Below, piece after piece: positions 1 through 10,352 of a DNA stretch of 64,000 nt. The translations under genes and the position numbers were made by a program. The notes under the pieces were generated by a model. That model did not search any database, was not told where the DNA came from, and was given only the letters and a program-made list of their open reading frames with translations. The stretch spans positions 1 through 64,000 of the forward strand of contig CAVPVX010000010.1 of assembly GCA_963709345.1 (NCBI GenBank), given 5' to 3'. Origin of the DNA: an uncultured Actinomycetes bacterium (GTDB lineage Bacteria > Actinomycetota > Thermoleophilia > UBA2241). Numbering within the stretch: position 1 is the first letter of the stretch; every line of letters starts with the position of its first letter.

Positions 1-654
1 GAGATCCCCTACCAGATAGTCATGCTTCGCCGCGGGCGCCTGAGTGGTTCCCAGGCCATGTCGGTGGTCGTCTTCAAGGGCCTCGTACACACGCTTCTTC
101 TGGCCGTCGTCGCACTCGTCTCGCTGCTGCCCTGGACGGACTCGGCCATCACCCCGCTGCAGCGCTGGTTGCTGCTCGGCGTCACGGCAGCGCTGGTCCT
201 CGTGTGGGTCGCCGTCTGGCTCTGGGTGCAGCGCCCGATGGGGCGCGCCTTCGTGCCGAAGCGGCTGCACGGCAAGCTGGATGAGCTCGTGGAGGCGGCG
301 CGGGCGTTCGGCGGCGCGAGCCGCCGCACCATCGCGGAGCTTGTCGCCTTGCAGTTGGTGTACTGGCTGGCGATGTTTGCGATCCTCATCTTCGTGCTGT
401 ACGCGCTCGGCTGGCGCGGCCCGATCGTCCCGATCATCACGGGTCAGGCGGTGATGCAGGTGCTCATGCCGCTCTCGCCGCTTCCCGGCGGGGCCGGCGT
501 GGCCGAGCTCAGCTACTTGGCGCTTATCGGGCCCTCCACGCCCGAGAGTATCCACGTTTCGAGCCTCGTGCTCTGGCGCTTCTTCACGTGGGTGCTGCCG
601 GTCGCGGCCGGGGCGGTCTCGCTCAGTACCAGGGGGTTGTGGCGTGCGGCGTGA
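1..654 (+). CDS. Lysylphosphatidylglycerol synthase TM / flippase-like membrane protein (5' truncated by window edge)
   Basis: Frame open from base 1 (EIPYQIVML...); multiple TM helices; family-like motifs PLPGGAGVAE and LWRFFTWVLP. Confidence 0.75.
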   Translation, partial: EIPYQIVMLRRGRLSGSQAMSVVVFKGLVHTLLLAVVALVSLLPWTDSAITPLQRWLLLGVTAALVLVWVAVWLWVQRPMGRAFVPKRLHGKLDELVEAARAFGGASRRTIAELVALQLVYWLAMFAILIFVLYALGWRGPIVPIITGQAVMQVLMPLSPLPGGAGVAELSYLALIGPSTPESIHVSSLVLWRFFTWVLPVAAGAVSLSTRGLWRAA

Positions 655-1270
655 GCGACGGCCCTGGGGCGCCCCCCGAACGCTGCTCTGGGCGAGCGCC
701 GCTTTCGCCGCCGGCTGCATCCCCAGCGGGCGGCTGGTCACGCGGGCGCTCACCGGCCGGTCTCTGGAGGAGATCGGCGACGGCAAGCCGGGTTCCTCCA
801 ACGTCGCCCGCAGCGTGGGCTGGAAGCCCGGCGCCGCCGTTCTCGCCCTTGATGCGGGCAAGGCGTACGCGCCGGCCACCGCGGCGCGGCTGGCGGGCGC
901 CGGCGACGGCGCCGTAGCGGCTGTCGGCATCAGCGCCATGCTCGGCCACATCGCTGTGGTCAAAGGCCGGGGCGCCGGCTCCGCCCTGGGCGCCATGTTC
1001 GCCATGGACCCGGGGACCATGGCGATAGGTGGCGCCGAGCTGGTCGCCGGCGCCAAGCTTCACCGCAACCCCCAGGCGGTCGCCGTCACGGCGCTCTCGC
1101 TGCCGCTCATCAGCCTGCTGCTGCACCGAAGGCGACCGCGGCGGGCGCTCGGCCCCCTGGTGCTCATCGCCATTCTGCTGGCGGCGCGCGTCAAGGGTTC
1201 GCCCGGCACCGGGCTGCCGGCGTCGCGAGCGATGCTGTGGCGGCGCTTCTGGCTGGACAGGGACGACTGA
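644..1270 (+). CDS. plsY: Glycerol-3-phosphate acyltransferase PlsY family
   Basis: Motifs GCIPSG, IGDGKPGSSNVAR, LDAGKAY, LGH...KGRG; start approximate. Confidence 0.75.
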   Translation: MRRERRPWGAPRTLLWASAAFAAGCIPSGRLVTRALTGRSLEEIGDGKPGSSNVARSVGWKPGAAVLALDAGKAYAPATAARLAGAGDGAVAAVGISAMLGHIAVVKGRGAGSALGAMFAMDPGTMAIGGAELVAGAKLHRNPQAVAVTALSLPLISLLLHRRRPRRALGPLVLIAILLAARVKGSPGTGLPASRAMLWRRFWLDRDD

Positions 1271-1281
1271 AGGGCGGCTCC

Positions 1282-2514
1282 ATGCGCGTCGGGCTCGTGA
1301 CGCCGTACTCCTGGACCGTGCCGGGCGGCGTCAACCACCACATAGAGGACCTTGCCGCCGAACTGCAGGCTCGCGGCCACGAACCGTGGATCATCGGCCC
1401 TGTGGGGGTCCTCTCGACCACGCGCCGCGCCGTCGACAGCAGACGGCAACAGGCCGCCGAGCGGTTCATCCCGATGGGCACCGCCGTCCCCGTGCCGTCC
1501 AACGGCTCGCGTTCGTACATCAGTGTCAACCCCCGCGTCGTGCTCCGCATGGACCGCGCGCTCCGCTACGGGCGCTTCGACGTGTTGCACGTCCACGAAC
1601 CCGGCACGCCGTGGGTGGGTCTGGCGGCCGTGTTCCTTGCCACGTCTCCGGTGGTGGCGACGTTCCACGCCGCGCTCGAGTCCTCGCTCGGCTACGACCA
1701 TGCCCCGCGACTCGGTCGCGCGGGTATGAAGCGCATCGACGTGCGCATCGCCGTCTCGGAGGCGGCACGCGAGTACCCGGCGCGGCTGTTCCCCGGCGAC
1801 TACCGCATCATCCCCAACGGTGTAGCGGTGGAGAAGTACGCGCCTGCGGTGGGGGCGCCCAAGGTCGGGAACCGCGTGCTCTTCATCGGCCGCGCCGAGA
1901 AGCGTAAGGGGCTCGGCGCGCTCCTGCACGCGTTCTCCGAGCTGCGGCGGCGGTTGCCCGACGCGACGCTGGTGATCGCCGGGGCCACCCGTGGACAGGC
2001 GCTCGAGGCCTCTCGTGTCGGCCTCGGGCCTCCGCTCGACCTCGACGGCGTCGAGGCGCTGGGCTGGGTGGCCGACGACGAGAAGGTCGACCTGTTGGGG
2101 AAGGCCGAGGTGGTGTGCGCGCCGTCGCTGGCCGCGGAGAGTTTCGGCATAGTGCTGGCGGAGGCCATGGCCGCCGGCGTCCCGGTCGTCGCGTCGGATC
2201 TGCCCGGCTATCGATCCGTGCTCCGGGGGGGCGAGGCCGGCCGGCTCGTGGCTGCCGGCGAGCCGGGCCTTCTCGCCGACGCATTGTACGACCTTCTGCA
2301 GGATCCGGAGGAGCGGCGGCGGCTTGCGGCGGCGGGCCTGGTCGCGGCGCAACGGCTCTCATGGAGTCGCGTGACCGACGAGATCATCGCCGCCTACGAC
2401 GACGCCGTCGCGGTGGGCGACCGGCCCGGCGTGCATGGCCTGCCCGGCAGGCCCTGGTTCGGCCGGGCCTTGCTCGAGTACAGGCTCAGCGGGGGCCGTG
2501 CCGGGCGCGGGTAG
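1282..2514 (+). CDS. GT4 glycosyltransferase, PimA-like phosphatidylinositol mannosyltransferase
   Basis: N-terminus MRVGLVTPYSWTVPGGV; HVHEP; ESFGIVLAEAMAAG GT4 signature. Confidence 0.8.
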   Translation: MRVGLVTPYSWTVPGGVNHHIEDLAAELQARGHEPWIIGPVGVLSTTRRAVDSRRQQAAERFIPMGTAVPVPSNGSRSYISVNPRVVLRMDRALRYGRFDVLHVHEPGTPWVGLAAVFLATSPVVATFHAALESSLGYDHAPRLGRAGMKRIDVRIAVSEAAREYPARLFPGDYRIIPNGVAVEKYAPAVGAPKVGNRVLFIGRAEKRKGLGALLHAFSELRRRLPDATLVIAGATRGQALEASRVGLGPPLDLDGVEALGWVADDEKVDLLGKAEVVCAPSLAAESFGIVLAEAMAAGVPVVASDLPGYRSVLRGGEAGRLVAAGEPGLLADALYDLLQDPEERRRLAAAGLVAAQRLSWSRVTDEIIAAYDDAVAVGDRPGVHGLPGRPWFGRALLEYRLSGGRAGRG

Positions 2515-2519
2515 CCGTT

Positions 2520-2548
2520 TTGCTGCGCCTATTCGCGTGTGTTAGACT
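2520..2548 (+). promoter_or_regulatory. Sigma70-type promoter for tRNA-Asp
   Basis: TTGCTG-17 bp-TAGACT with a TG extension, about 58 bp upstream of the tRNA. Confidence 0.55.
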
Positions 2549-2606
2549 CCCGCTTCGCTGCATCGCGGCCGGCCGCTCTCGCCAGCGACCATCCGTGGCA
2601 GCTCTC

Positions 2607-2683
<77 letters not shown>

Positions 2684-2698
2684 CTCTTCTCCCTGCGT

Positions 2699-2938
2699 TC
2701 AGCTCGCCCGCAACTCGGGATCGCTCAGCTCTTCCTCGCCGAGCGGCGTCGCCAGCCAGGGTCCCTCCGGAAGGATCGCCGGGTCGGTGATGAGCGTCGT
2801 CGAGCTGGTGCGCGTATCGACCCGCAGGCCGCAGTCCCCGTGCCAGAGGTAGCGTGCGCCGTCGTTGCCGACACACAGAGCTTCGAAGCCGCGCGCAGTG
2901 ACCTCCGTGCGCGTGAACGTGGCGGTGGCGTCGGGCAT
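2699..2938 (-). CDS. Small hypothetical protein (79 aa)
   Basis: ATG preceded by GGAGAAG RBS; plausible protein composition; no family recognised. Confidence 0.45.
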   Translation of the reverse strand: MPDATATFTRTEVTARGFEALCVGNDGARYLWHGDCGLRVDTRTSSTTLITDPAILPEGPWLATPLGEEELSDPELRAS

Positions 2939-3124
2939 GGCATCTTCTCCCGCGTAGAGTCGTGGGTCACCGCTGCGCGCGGCGCCGGGGGCGTCTCTCC
3001 CTGTCATCGGCGCGGCCGAGCCGCGGCTTGAGGAAGGACCCGGGACGCGGCGTTGCCGGGGTGAGCAACACTCGCGTGGACGAGGTAGGCGGCGGCCGGG
3101 AGGGCGCGCCGTCCTCGTATGGCC

Positions 3125-5227
3125 TCAGTCAGCCCACGGGGTCACGCGGCAGAGGAAGCCCCGCAGCGTGGTCGCTCCCATCTCACGGCAGTACGGCGCG
3201 TCGCTGCTCGTCAGCGTGTTGATGTTCGCTTCGGCCCAACCGTGAAGATCCCGGACGTCGCGCTCCGGATACCACCAGAGGGGCTCGGCGACCACAACTC
3301 GCGGGTCGATGGCGTCGGACAGATGGGCCCGCTGGCGGGCTCGGCCGCGCTGAGTCTCCAGCGCGACCCAGTCGCCTTCCGCGATGCCCAGAGCCCCGGC
3401 GGTCTCCGGATGAATGATCGCCAGCGGCTCAGGATGTTGCCGGCGCAGCGACGCGACCTGCCTGCCGGTGGAGTGGTAGTACTCCGGCAGCTTCCAGCTG
3501 GTGAGTACGAGCGGGTACTGCTCGGCCAGGCCGGGCTCGCTAAGCGGTGTCTCCGGCGGCTCATGGTAGACGGGAACGGGGTCGAACCCCCACTCGGCCA
3601 GCTGCTTCGAGACGAGCTCCACTTTGCCCGAGGGTGTGGCGAACCCACCCAGCTCTTCGTGCGACTCGGCTCGAGCCGGCAGGAGCCAGCCGACGTCGCA
3701 CAGCTCCTCGAAGGAGAGGCCGGAGGGCTCCAGCAGATAGTCGAGGGTCTCGTGCTCGCCGGCCCAGAAGCGCTCGCCGAAGCCCATCTCGGATGCCAGT
3801 TCGTTGCAGATGCGCAAGTCGGACCATGCTTCGCCGACCTGCGCGACCTTCAGGATGGCGCTGACCACGGGGGTGTTCGAGGACTGGTGGATGCCGTCCG
3901 TCTCGAGGTACGTGGCCACCGGAAGGACGATGTCGGCGAGCTCGGCGGTGGGCGTCATGAACTGATCGGCCACGACGAGGAAGTCGAGGCTCTCCAGCGC
4001 GCGGCGGACCTCGTCCACACCGCTGTACGACTGCAGCATGGACGCTCCGGCCACGTATGCCGCCCTGACGGGGTACGGTTCGGCGGTCAGCATGGCTTTG
4101 ACGACCGTCTGGGGCAGGGCAGCGTAGTAGTTGGGCAGCATGCCCTGTTCCGCGCCGACCCTCCGCGCGCGCGTCTCGGGGGAGATCGCGTCCTGCTGGT
4201 TCAGTTCGGGTGAGCCGCCCGCGACCACGTTCGGCGGCACCCATGCGATCTCGCCGCCGGACCGCCCCACGTTGCCCGTGATGGCGCGCAGGATGGCCAG
4301 CGCACGTCCCGCCTGGAAGCTGTTGATCGTGCCGTCGATGCCCCATCCGCACTCAAGGATCGCGGGACGGTTGGTGGCATAGGTCCGCGCCAGGTCGCGG
4401 ACGGTCTCCGCCGGCACCCACGTCAGCCTCTCGGTCTCTTCGGGGGTGGAGGCGCGCACGGCCTCGCGAAGCTCGCCGAACCCCGTCGTCCATCGCTCCA
4501 CGAACTCCCCGTCGTGCAGGTCCTCCTCGATGACGACGTGGATGACGCCCAGCGCGAGCGCCAGGTCGGATCCCGGGCGCAGCTTCGCCCAGACGTCCGC
4601 CCGCTGTGCGTACACGGTGTCGACCGGGTCGACGGCGATGAGCTTCGCGCCCGCCGCCAGCGCCCGCTCCATCGCGACGTGGCGTGGCGGGTTCGTGGCC
4701 AGCGGGTCGGAGCCCCAGACGAGGAGGCACGCCGGGTCGTGCTCGTAGTCCCCCCGCGCGTCGAAGCCGTACGTCATCCGCGAGGCGTAGACCTGCGGTA
4801 CCCAGCAGATGTGCGAGGTCGAGAGGGCGTTGGGCGAGCCGAAGACGTTGGCGAGGCGCGCCAGGTAGCGGTCCTGGTAGCCCTTTGCCACACCACGGAT
4901 GAAGGCGACGCTCTCCGCGCCGTGGGACGCCTTCGCCTCGTTCAACCCCGCGGCGACGGCCTCGAGGGCGGTGTCCCACGAGACCGTTTCCCAGCGTCCC
5001 TCACCGCGCGCTCCCAGTCGCATCAGCGGGTGGGTGATGCGGCCGGGGCTGTCGAGGTACTCGAGGGAGGCGCGGCCTCTGCGGCAGATCACGCCGCGGC
5101 TCCCCGGATGCTCTGGGTCCCCCTCGATGGAGACGGGCCTGCCGTCCCTGATCTCGATGAGCACGCCGCATCCGGCCGTGCAGAGGGTGCAGGTGCTGCG
5201 GACGATCCCGTCCGGATGCTCGCTCAT
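3125..5227 (-). CDS. Molybdopterin (bis-MGD, DMSO reductase superfamily) oxidoreductase with 4Fe-4S, cytoplasmic
   Basis: CTLCTAGC...GVICRRG Fe-S motif, RITHPLMR, ADIVLPVA, TPSGKVEL, C-terminal molydopterin-binding domain; no TAT signal; GGAG RBS. Confidence 0.9.
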   Translation of the reverse strand: MSEHPDGIVRSTCTLCTAGCGVLIEIRDGRPVSIEGDPEHPGSRGVICRRGRASLEYLDSPGRITHPLMRLGARGEGRWETVSWDTALEAVAAGLNEAKASHGAESVAFIRGVAKGYQDRYLARLANVFGSPNALSTSHICWVPQVYASRMTYGFDARGDYEHDPACLLVWGSDPLATNPPRHVAMERALAAGAKLIAVDPVDTVYAQRADVWAKLRPGSDLALALGVIHVVIEEDLHDGEFVERWTTGFGELREAVRASTPEETERLTWVPAETVRDLARTYATNRPAILECGWGIDGTINSFQAGRALAILRAITGNVGRSGGEIAWVPPNVVAGGSPELNQQDAISPETRARRVGAEQGMLPNYYAALPQTVVKAMLTAEPYPVRAAYVAGASMLQSYSGVDEVRRALESLDFLVVADQFMTPTAELADIVLPVATYLETDGIHQSSNTPVVSAILKVAQVGEAWSDLRICNELASEMGFGERFWAGEHETLDYLLEPSGLSFEELCDVGWLLPARAESHEELGGFATPSGKVELVSKQLAEWGFDPVPVYHEPPETPLSEPGLAEQYPLVLTSWKLPEYYHSTGRQVASLRRQHPEPLAIIHPETAGALGIAEGDWVALETQRGRARQRAHLSDAIDPRVVVAEPLWWYPERDVRDLHGWAEANINTLTSSDAPYCREMGATTLRGFLCRVTPWAD

Positions 5228-5252
5228 TCGTTGTCTCCTCGTCTGGCGATGA

Positions 5253-6673
5253 TCACAGGCTGTCCGTTGCGGACTGCACGATCCCGTCGAGTGCTCTGCA
5301 CACGTCTTCGGGCAGTGGGTCGGGCGCGATCTCCGCGTTCCACAGGGCCGCGGCCCTCTCGGCGGCGCGCTCCACGGCGTCCCCGGCCCCCTGCGCCTCC
5401 CACGCGGCGTAGGGCGCGGTGTTCAGCAGGAGCGGCAGGTGGATCTCCTGCCGGTATTCCTCCTCGTGTGCTGGGCCCCGAGGTAGTCTGAGGGCGCAGG
5501 CCCGACGTCGTGGATCAGATCCAGCGCCAGCGACCGGTCGTCCACGCGGACGCCGCGCAGGTAGCGCTTGGTCATGGCGATGAGCTCGTCGTCGAGGAGG
5601 AGCTGGGGGTAGGCGTAGACGCAGTCCATGGACAGGCCTCCCGAGAACGATACGATGTTGCCGCCTCCCTGCGCGAGCAGCGGCACCTGCATCCCAACCT
5701 GCATCCCGTTCTGCCATCCGGCGGTGTTGCCGGTGACCATGGGGCACGCCGACCAGAATGGGATGTCGTTGCGATGCAGCAGTTGCGCTGCGGCGTTGCA
5801 CAGCAGGACTCCCTCGATGCCCGTGTAGACGCTGCCGCTGCGCATGTCCATCAGCATCGCCGAGAAGCCGGCGATCACGGGCGTTCCCGGGCCGACGGCT
5901 TGCGCCAGCACGATCTCGGCCATGATCTCCGCGAGCGCGACGACCAGCGTTCCGGCGAGCGTCGCCGGCCCATTGGCTCCCGGGGTCGGGCCGCTCCAGC
6001 ACAGGCACGGCCAGCGCCGCTCGGCCCACAGCATCAAGGCCTCGCACATGTTCTCCGGCAGCGACAGCGGCGATACCGGGCCGATCGCGTTCATGAAGGG
6101 CCGGCCGGCGGCGTCCGCCAGCTCGAGTTGCACGCGCCTGTCGACGCCGATACCGATGGGGCCGCACCCGACGACGGGCTTGCGGCCGTACTTCAGCGTC
6201 TCGGCCAGGATGTACTCGCCGGTGAGCTGCCGGGGGCAGTCGGAGACGGCCAGTGGCGAATTGAGCACGTCGATGCCGCCGACGTGGTCGATGAAGGTCA
6301 CCAGCTCGGCCACGTCGGCGAGCACGGCCGGGCGCTGCCTCCCGGACGCTCGATCCATGATGCTGCCGCCGCCCGAGACGGTGAAGGCGACGTGTTCCGG
6401 ATCGAGGACGACGTCGTCTTCGGGGGTGCGCCCGCTGTGGACAAAGGAGCGAGGCGTCAGGCGCAGCGCCCCCTCGACGAGCGCTCGAGGTATGCGCGCC
6501 CGGCGGGTCGCGTGATCGACCAGGCAGCCGGCGCTCTCCACTGCGCGCAGCGCCGGCTCGTGTGCGTACACGAAGCCGGTGTCCTCGAGGACGCGCAGCG
6601 CACCATCGAGGATGCGATCGACTTCGCACTCGCTCAGTGCCGTGGGGCGCCCCGGTGTTGCTGTGAGATCGAT
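5253..6673 (-). CDS. MttB-superfamily (non-pyrrolysine) corrinoid methyltransferase #1, frameshift near 5460
   Basis: LRVLEDTG, PVSPL, GPATLAGTLV, MDMRSG, LLLDDE, SLALDLIHDVGP; C-terminus continues in the adjacent frame; start codon uncertain. Confidence 0.8.
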
Positions 6674-6698
6674 GGCTACCTCACCGCTTGCAGGGCCG

Positions 6699-8222
6699 CT
6701 AAGTGAGAGAACCGACGGCAGTCTCGACTGCCTCGAGGATCTCGCCGGAGGCCACCAGGGCGGCCATGGCGTTGTGGTCGGGGTAGAGCGGCCGGTCGAC
6801 GTCCAAGTGGTCGACGTGGCGGCGGATGACGTCCTTCGCGGCGCGCACGCCCGTGCCGGGCTTGAACTCGCGGAAGTCGAGCGCCTGAGCGGCGCCCATG
6901 AACTCGATACCAAGCACGCCGTAGGCGTTCTCGAGGATCTGGCGGTTCTTGAGCGCCGTGTTCATGCCCATGGAGACGAAGTCCTCTTGGTCGGCGGCGG
7001 CCGGGATGCTCATCGTGCTCGCCGGCGCCGCCAGGATGCGCTGCTCCGTGATGAGCATGTCGGCGGTGTACTGGCTGAGCATCATACCGCTGTAGAATCC
7101 TGGGTTCGGCGTGAGAAAGTCGGGCAGGCCCTGGCTCGTCGCGGGATTCTCGAGACGGTTGAGCCGGCGCTCGCTCAGCACGCTGACCATGGTGATCGCC
7201 TGGCCGACGATCTCCATCGGCAGGCTGACCGGCGTGCCCTGGAAGTTGGCGCCCGTCAGCGTGAGCTTGTCCTCGGGTACGAAGATGGGGTTGTCGCCGA
7301 CGCCGTTGAGCTCGATCTCCACCTGGCTCTTCGCCCAGGCGAGCGCGTCGTGAGCGGCGCCGATGACCTGCGGCGACGACCGCATCGAGTAGGCGTCCTG
7401 CACCTTGGTCTTGATCTTGCCGGTGGCGAGGTCGCTGTCGTCGATGCACTTCTTGATCGCCGCGGCGCTGCGGATCGCGCCCGAGAAGCCGCGCAGTTCA
7501 TGCAGCTTGGCGTTGTACGGCTTGAGGTTGGCGAGCAGCGCCTCGAGGCTCATGGCGCAGGCGATCTCGGCCTGGCGGAGCCAGCGGTCGGCGTCCCAGC
7601 AGAGCAGCGCGCTCATCGCGGTGAGGACGTTGGAGCCGTTGATGGTGGCGAGGCCGTCGCGCGCCTCCAGCCCCGGGACGGGGATGCCGGCGCGCTCCAT
7701 GGCCTCGCGGCCGGGCAGGCGCTCTCCCTCGAAGAAGGCCTCGCCCTCGCCCATCATGAGGAGGGCGAGCTGGGCCATCGGGGCGAGGTCGCCGGAGGCG
7801 CCCACCGAGCCCTTCGAGCTGATGACCGGCGTGACGCCCTTGTTCAGCATCTCCACCAGCGTCAGCGTGATCTCGGGCCGGTTGCCGGAGTTGCCGTGCG
7901 CCTGCACGTTGATCCGCCCTGCCATGGCCGCACGCACGACCTCGAGCGGCGCCGGCTCGCCGATGCCGGCGGCGTGGTTGTAGACGAGAAAGCGCTGGAA
8001 CTGCTGGACCTGCTCGTCGTCGAGCACGATCTCGCTGAACTCGCCGATGCCCGTGTTGGTGCCGTACATGATCTCGCGGGCCTTGATCTTGTCTTCGATC
8101 ATGGCGCGGCACGCCTTGATGCGCTTGAGCGACGCCGGATCGAGCCCGACCTTCTCGCCGTCGCGGGCGATGCGGACGACCTTCTCGACGGTGAGCGACG
8201 CGCCGTCCAGGATGATGGTCAC
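6699..8222 (-). CDS. Histidine/aromatic amino acid ammonia-lyase family (MIO-forming, YNH variant)
   Basis: YGTNTGIG, GSVGASGDLAP, VQDAYSMR, DNP, GANFQG, DQEDFVSMG; GTG start with AAGGAG RBS. Confidence 0.9.
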   Translation of the reverse strand: MTIILDGASLTVEKVVRIARDGEKVGLDPASLKRIKACRAMIEDKIKAREIMYGTNTGIGEFSEIVLDDEQVQQFQRFLVYNHAAGIGEPAPLEVVRAAMAGRINVQAHGNSGNRPEITLTLVEMLNKGVTPVISSKGSVGASGDLAPMAQLALLMMGEGEAFFEGERLPGREAMERAGIPVPGLEARDGLATINGSNVLTAMSALLCWDADRWLRQAEIACAMSLEALLANLKPYNAKLHELRGFSGAIRSAAAIKKCIDDSDLATGKIKTKVQDAYSMRSSPQVIGAAHDALAWAKSQVEIELNGVGDNPIFVPEDKLTLTGANFQGTPVSLPMEIVGQAITMVSVLSERRLNRLENPATSQGLPDFLTPNPGFYSGMMLSQYTADMLITEQRILAAPASTMSIPAAADQEDFVSMGMNTALKNRQILENAYGVLGIEFMGAAQALDFREFKPGTGVRAAKDVIRRHVDHLDVDRPLYPDHNAMAALVASGEILEAVETAVGSLT

Positions 8223-8344
8223 AGGTGTCTCCTTCCGGGGGGACCTCAGGCGCCGTGGCCGACCGGCCGGGCGCGGCGCCGATGCTGTCTTGACCGCGAA
8301 GCGTACGTGAGACGTAAGGCGTTTCCCAGCCCTCAGACGCGGCT

Positions 8345-8360
8345 GTCCCGCATTACGGAC
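8345..8360. promoter_or_regulatory. Palindromic operator GTCCCG-CATT-ACGGAC (leftward promoter of the lyase-mttB-Mo enzyme operon)
   Basis: Matches the recurring motif; minus-strand TACGCT -10-like box at 8305-8300, weak -35. Confidence 0.55.
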
Positions 8361-8414
8361 GCAATTGCCGTTTGGCCGTGGCACACCCCTCTCCGCTTCG
8401 ACCGCAGCGATTTC

Positions 8415-8474
8415 GTCCCGGACGCTGGACTCGCTCCGGGTGCGGTTGAGCGCCGGGCGCCGTCGCCGTAGCAT
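8415..8474 (+). promoter_or_regulatory. Operator GTCCCG-GACG-CTGGAC plus promoter TTGAGC-17-TAGCAT
   Basis: Motif 8415-8430, 15-bp gap, -35 at 8446, -10 at 8469. Confidence 0.7.
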
Positions 8475-8770
8475 GGCTGGACTTGCGGAGTCATCGCTCA
8501 TCACACACAGGTGGCGCCGGCCGGCGCCCCAGGGGGATCGTCCGATGACTGCTACACAGCGTGCCGTCGTCCTCAGATGCTTCCGTCTTGCCCTCCTGCC
8601 GGGCGCGCCTCCTTACGTGCTCATGCCGGGCAGCACCAGCTTCGACTCCCGGGGTCCCTAGACTGCTTCCGCGCGCCGCGTCTTCACCGGCCGGCGCCGC
8701 GACCTCAGCATTCGCACGGCAGAGCGCGCCGATCGGCGCGTCTCCGCGACGCATCCCAAGGAGACACCAC

Positions 8771-10215
8771 ATGGGAGACACACTGAAGCTTCGCCTGCTC
8801 TCCACCGAGCAGGTGAGCACGATGCGCGAGAAGTGCCTCTATCTGCTTTCGACGATGGGCATGAGGATCGACCACGAAGGAGCGCTTCAGATCCTCGCCG
8901 ACGCCGGCGCGGACGTCGACCGCGAGGCGCACGTCGTGCGCTTTCCGGTCGACCTCATCGAGTCGGCGATCGAGTCGGTCCCGAGTGAGCTGACTGTCAA
9001 GGGCGCCGACCCCAGGCACGACTGCCCCATCCCGCACCCCGAGGGCCTGTTCTACTCGTGCACCAACATCCAGAGCATGCTGCACCACGACGTGGACTCG
9101 AAGCGCTTCGAGGACAATTCGGTCGCGCGATACTCGGAGTGGTGCCAGATCATCGAGACCCTGGACCACGCCGACATCTGTGCCATCCAGACGCCGATGG
9201 ACGTCCCGGCGGAGAGCGCCGAGGTCCACGCGCTCAGCATCCAGATGCAGAACACGACCAAGCCGCTGTGGATGCACGCCTTCAGCCTCGAGGCAGTGCC
9301 GTTCATGTTCGAGCTCATGGTCGCGCGCATGGGCAGCGTCGAGGCGCTGCGCGAGCAGAGCGTCGCGATCATCAACCCCGGCACCGTCTCGCCGTTCATC
9401 ATGAAGGCGATGGACGCCGAGGAGATCATCCAGGCGTGCCACCACGGCGTGCCGATCTCGGCGGACGGCCACGTGATGGCCGGCTTCACCAGTCCCATGA
9501 CGGTCGCCGGCAGCGTCGTGCAGAACTGCGCCGAGGTCCTCGCGCACATCATCCTCTGCCAGGTCGTCAAGCCCGGGACATCCCGCGATGATGACCCAGT
9601 TCAACGTGCCCGGCGACATGGCCACCGGGTTCTCCACGCTGGCCACTCCGTCGGCGAACGTCCAGCGTTCCGCCGGCGTGCAGCTCTGCAAGGAGGGATT
9701 CGGTATCCCCGTCTCGGGCTGTCCGATCATGACCGACACCTACGCCTCCGACGGCAGGTCGGTGGCCGAGAAGGCTCTCGGCGGCCTGATGAGCATCATG
9801 GCCGGCATGGACATCGCCTACGGCGTCGGCCGCCTGGGCGGCGCCAGCCTGGCCAGTCCCGCCCAGCTCGTCATCGACAATCAGCTGATCGCGCTGCTCA
9901 AGGAGTACGTCGGCGGCGTGCGGGTGGACGACGACTACCTCGCCGTCGACGAGATCGTCGAGGCCGGCATCGGCGGGAGCTTCGTGCACAGCAAGCACAC
10001 GCTGCGCCACTGCCGTGACTACGTCGAGCCCAGCCTCTTCCGCTTCCAGCTGCAGCAGACCTGGGAGGCCGAGGGGGAGAAGGATCTCTACGAGCGCGCC
10101 GTGGACGAGTACCGGCGGCTCAAGACCCAGATCAAGCCCGTCGACATCGCCGGACGACGTGCGGCGCGACATGGACGCCGTCGTCGCCCGCGCCGACAAG
10201 GCCCTCTGCCCGTGA
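8771..10215 (+). CDS. MttB-superfamily methyltransferase #2, frameshifts near 9580 and 10150
   Basis: NTTKP, TVSPF, SPMTVAGSVVQNCAEVLA, QLVIDNQ, LAVDEI, HTLRH spread over three frames; AAGGAG RBS. Confidence 0.85.
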
Positions 10216-10352
10216 GCATCGGTCACAGCGAGCCGTGCGTGCGCGACCTCGCGTCACGCGACAACCAGACATTCCGCGTCTTCGGGACACTCGTCACCGC
10301 AGGCCGACAAGCGAGTGGGCCACCGCAGGCGGACCGCTCTTTAGGAGGAACC

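Noticed and set aside
1-2514. Lipid cluster as part of the catabolic system
   Set aside because: It looks like ordinary membrane-lipid synthesis, is separated by the tRNA, and lacks the shared operator.
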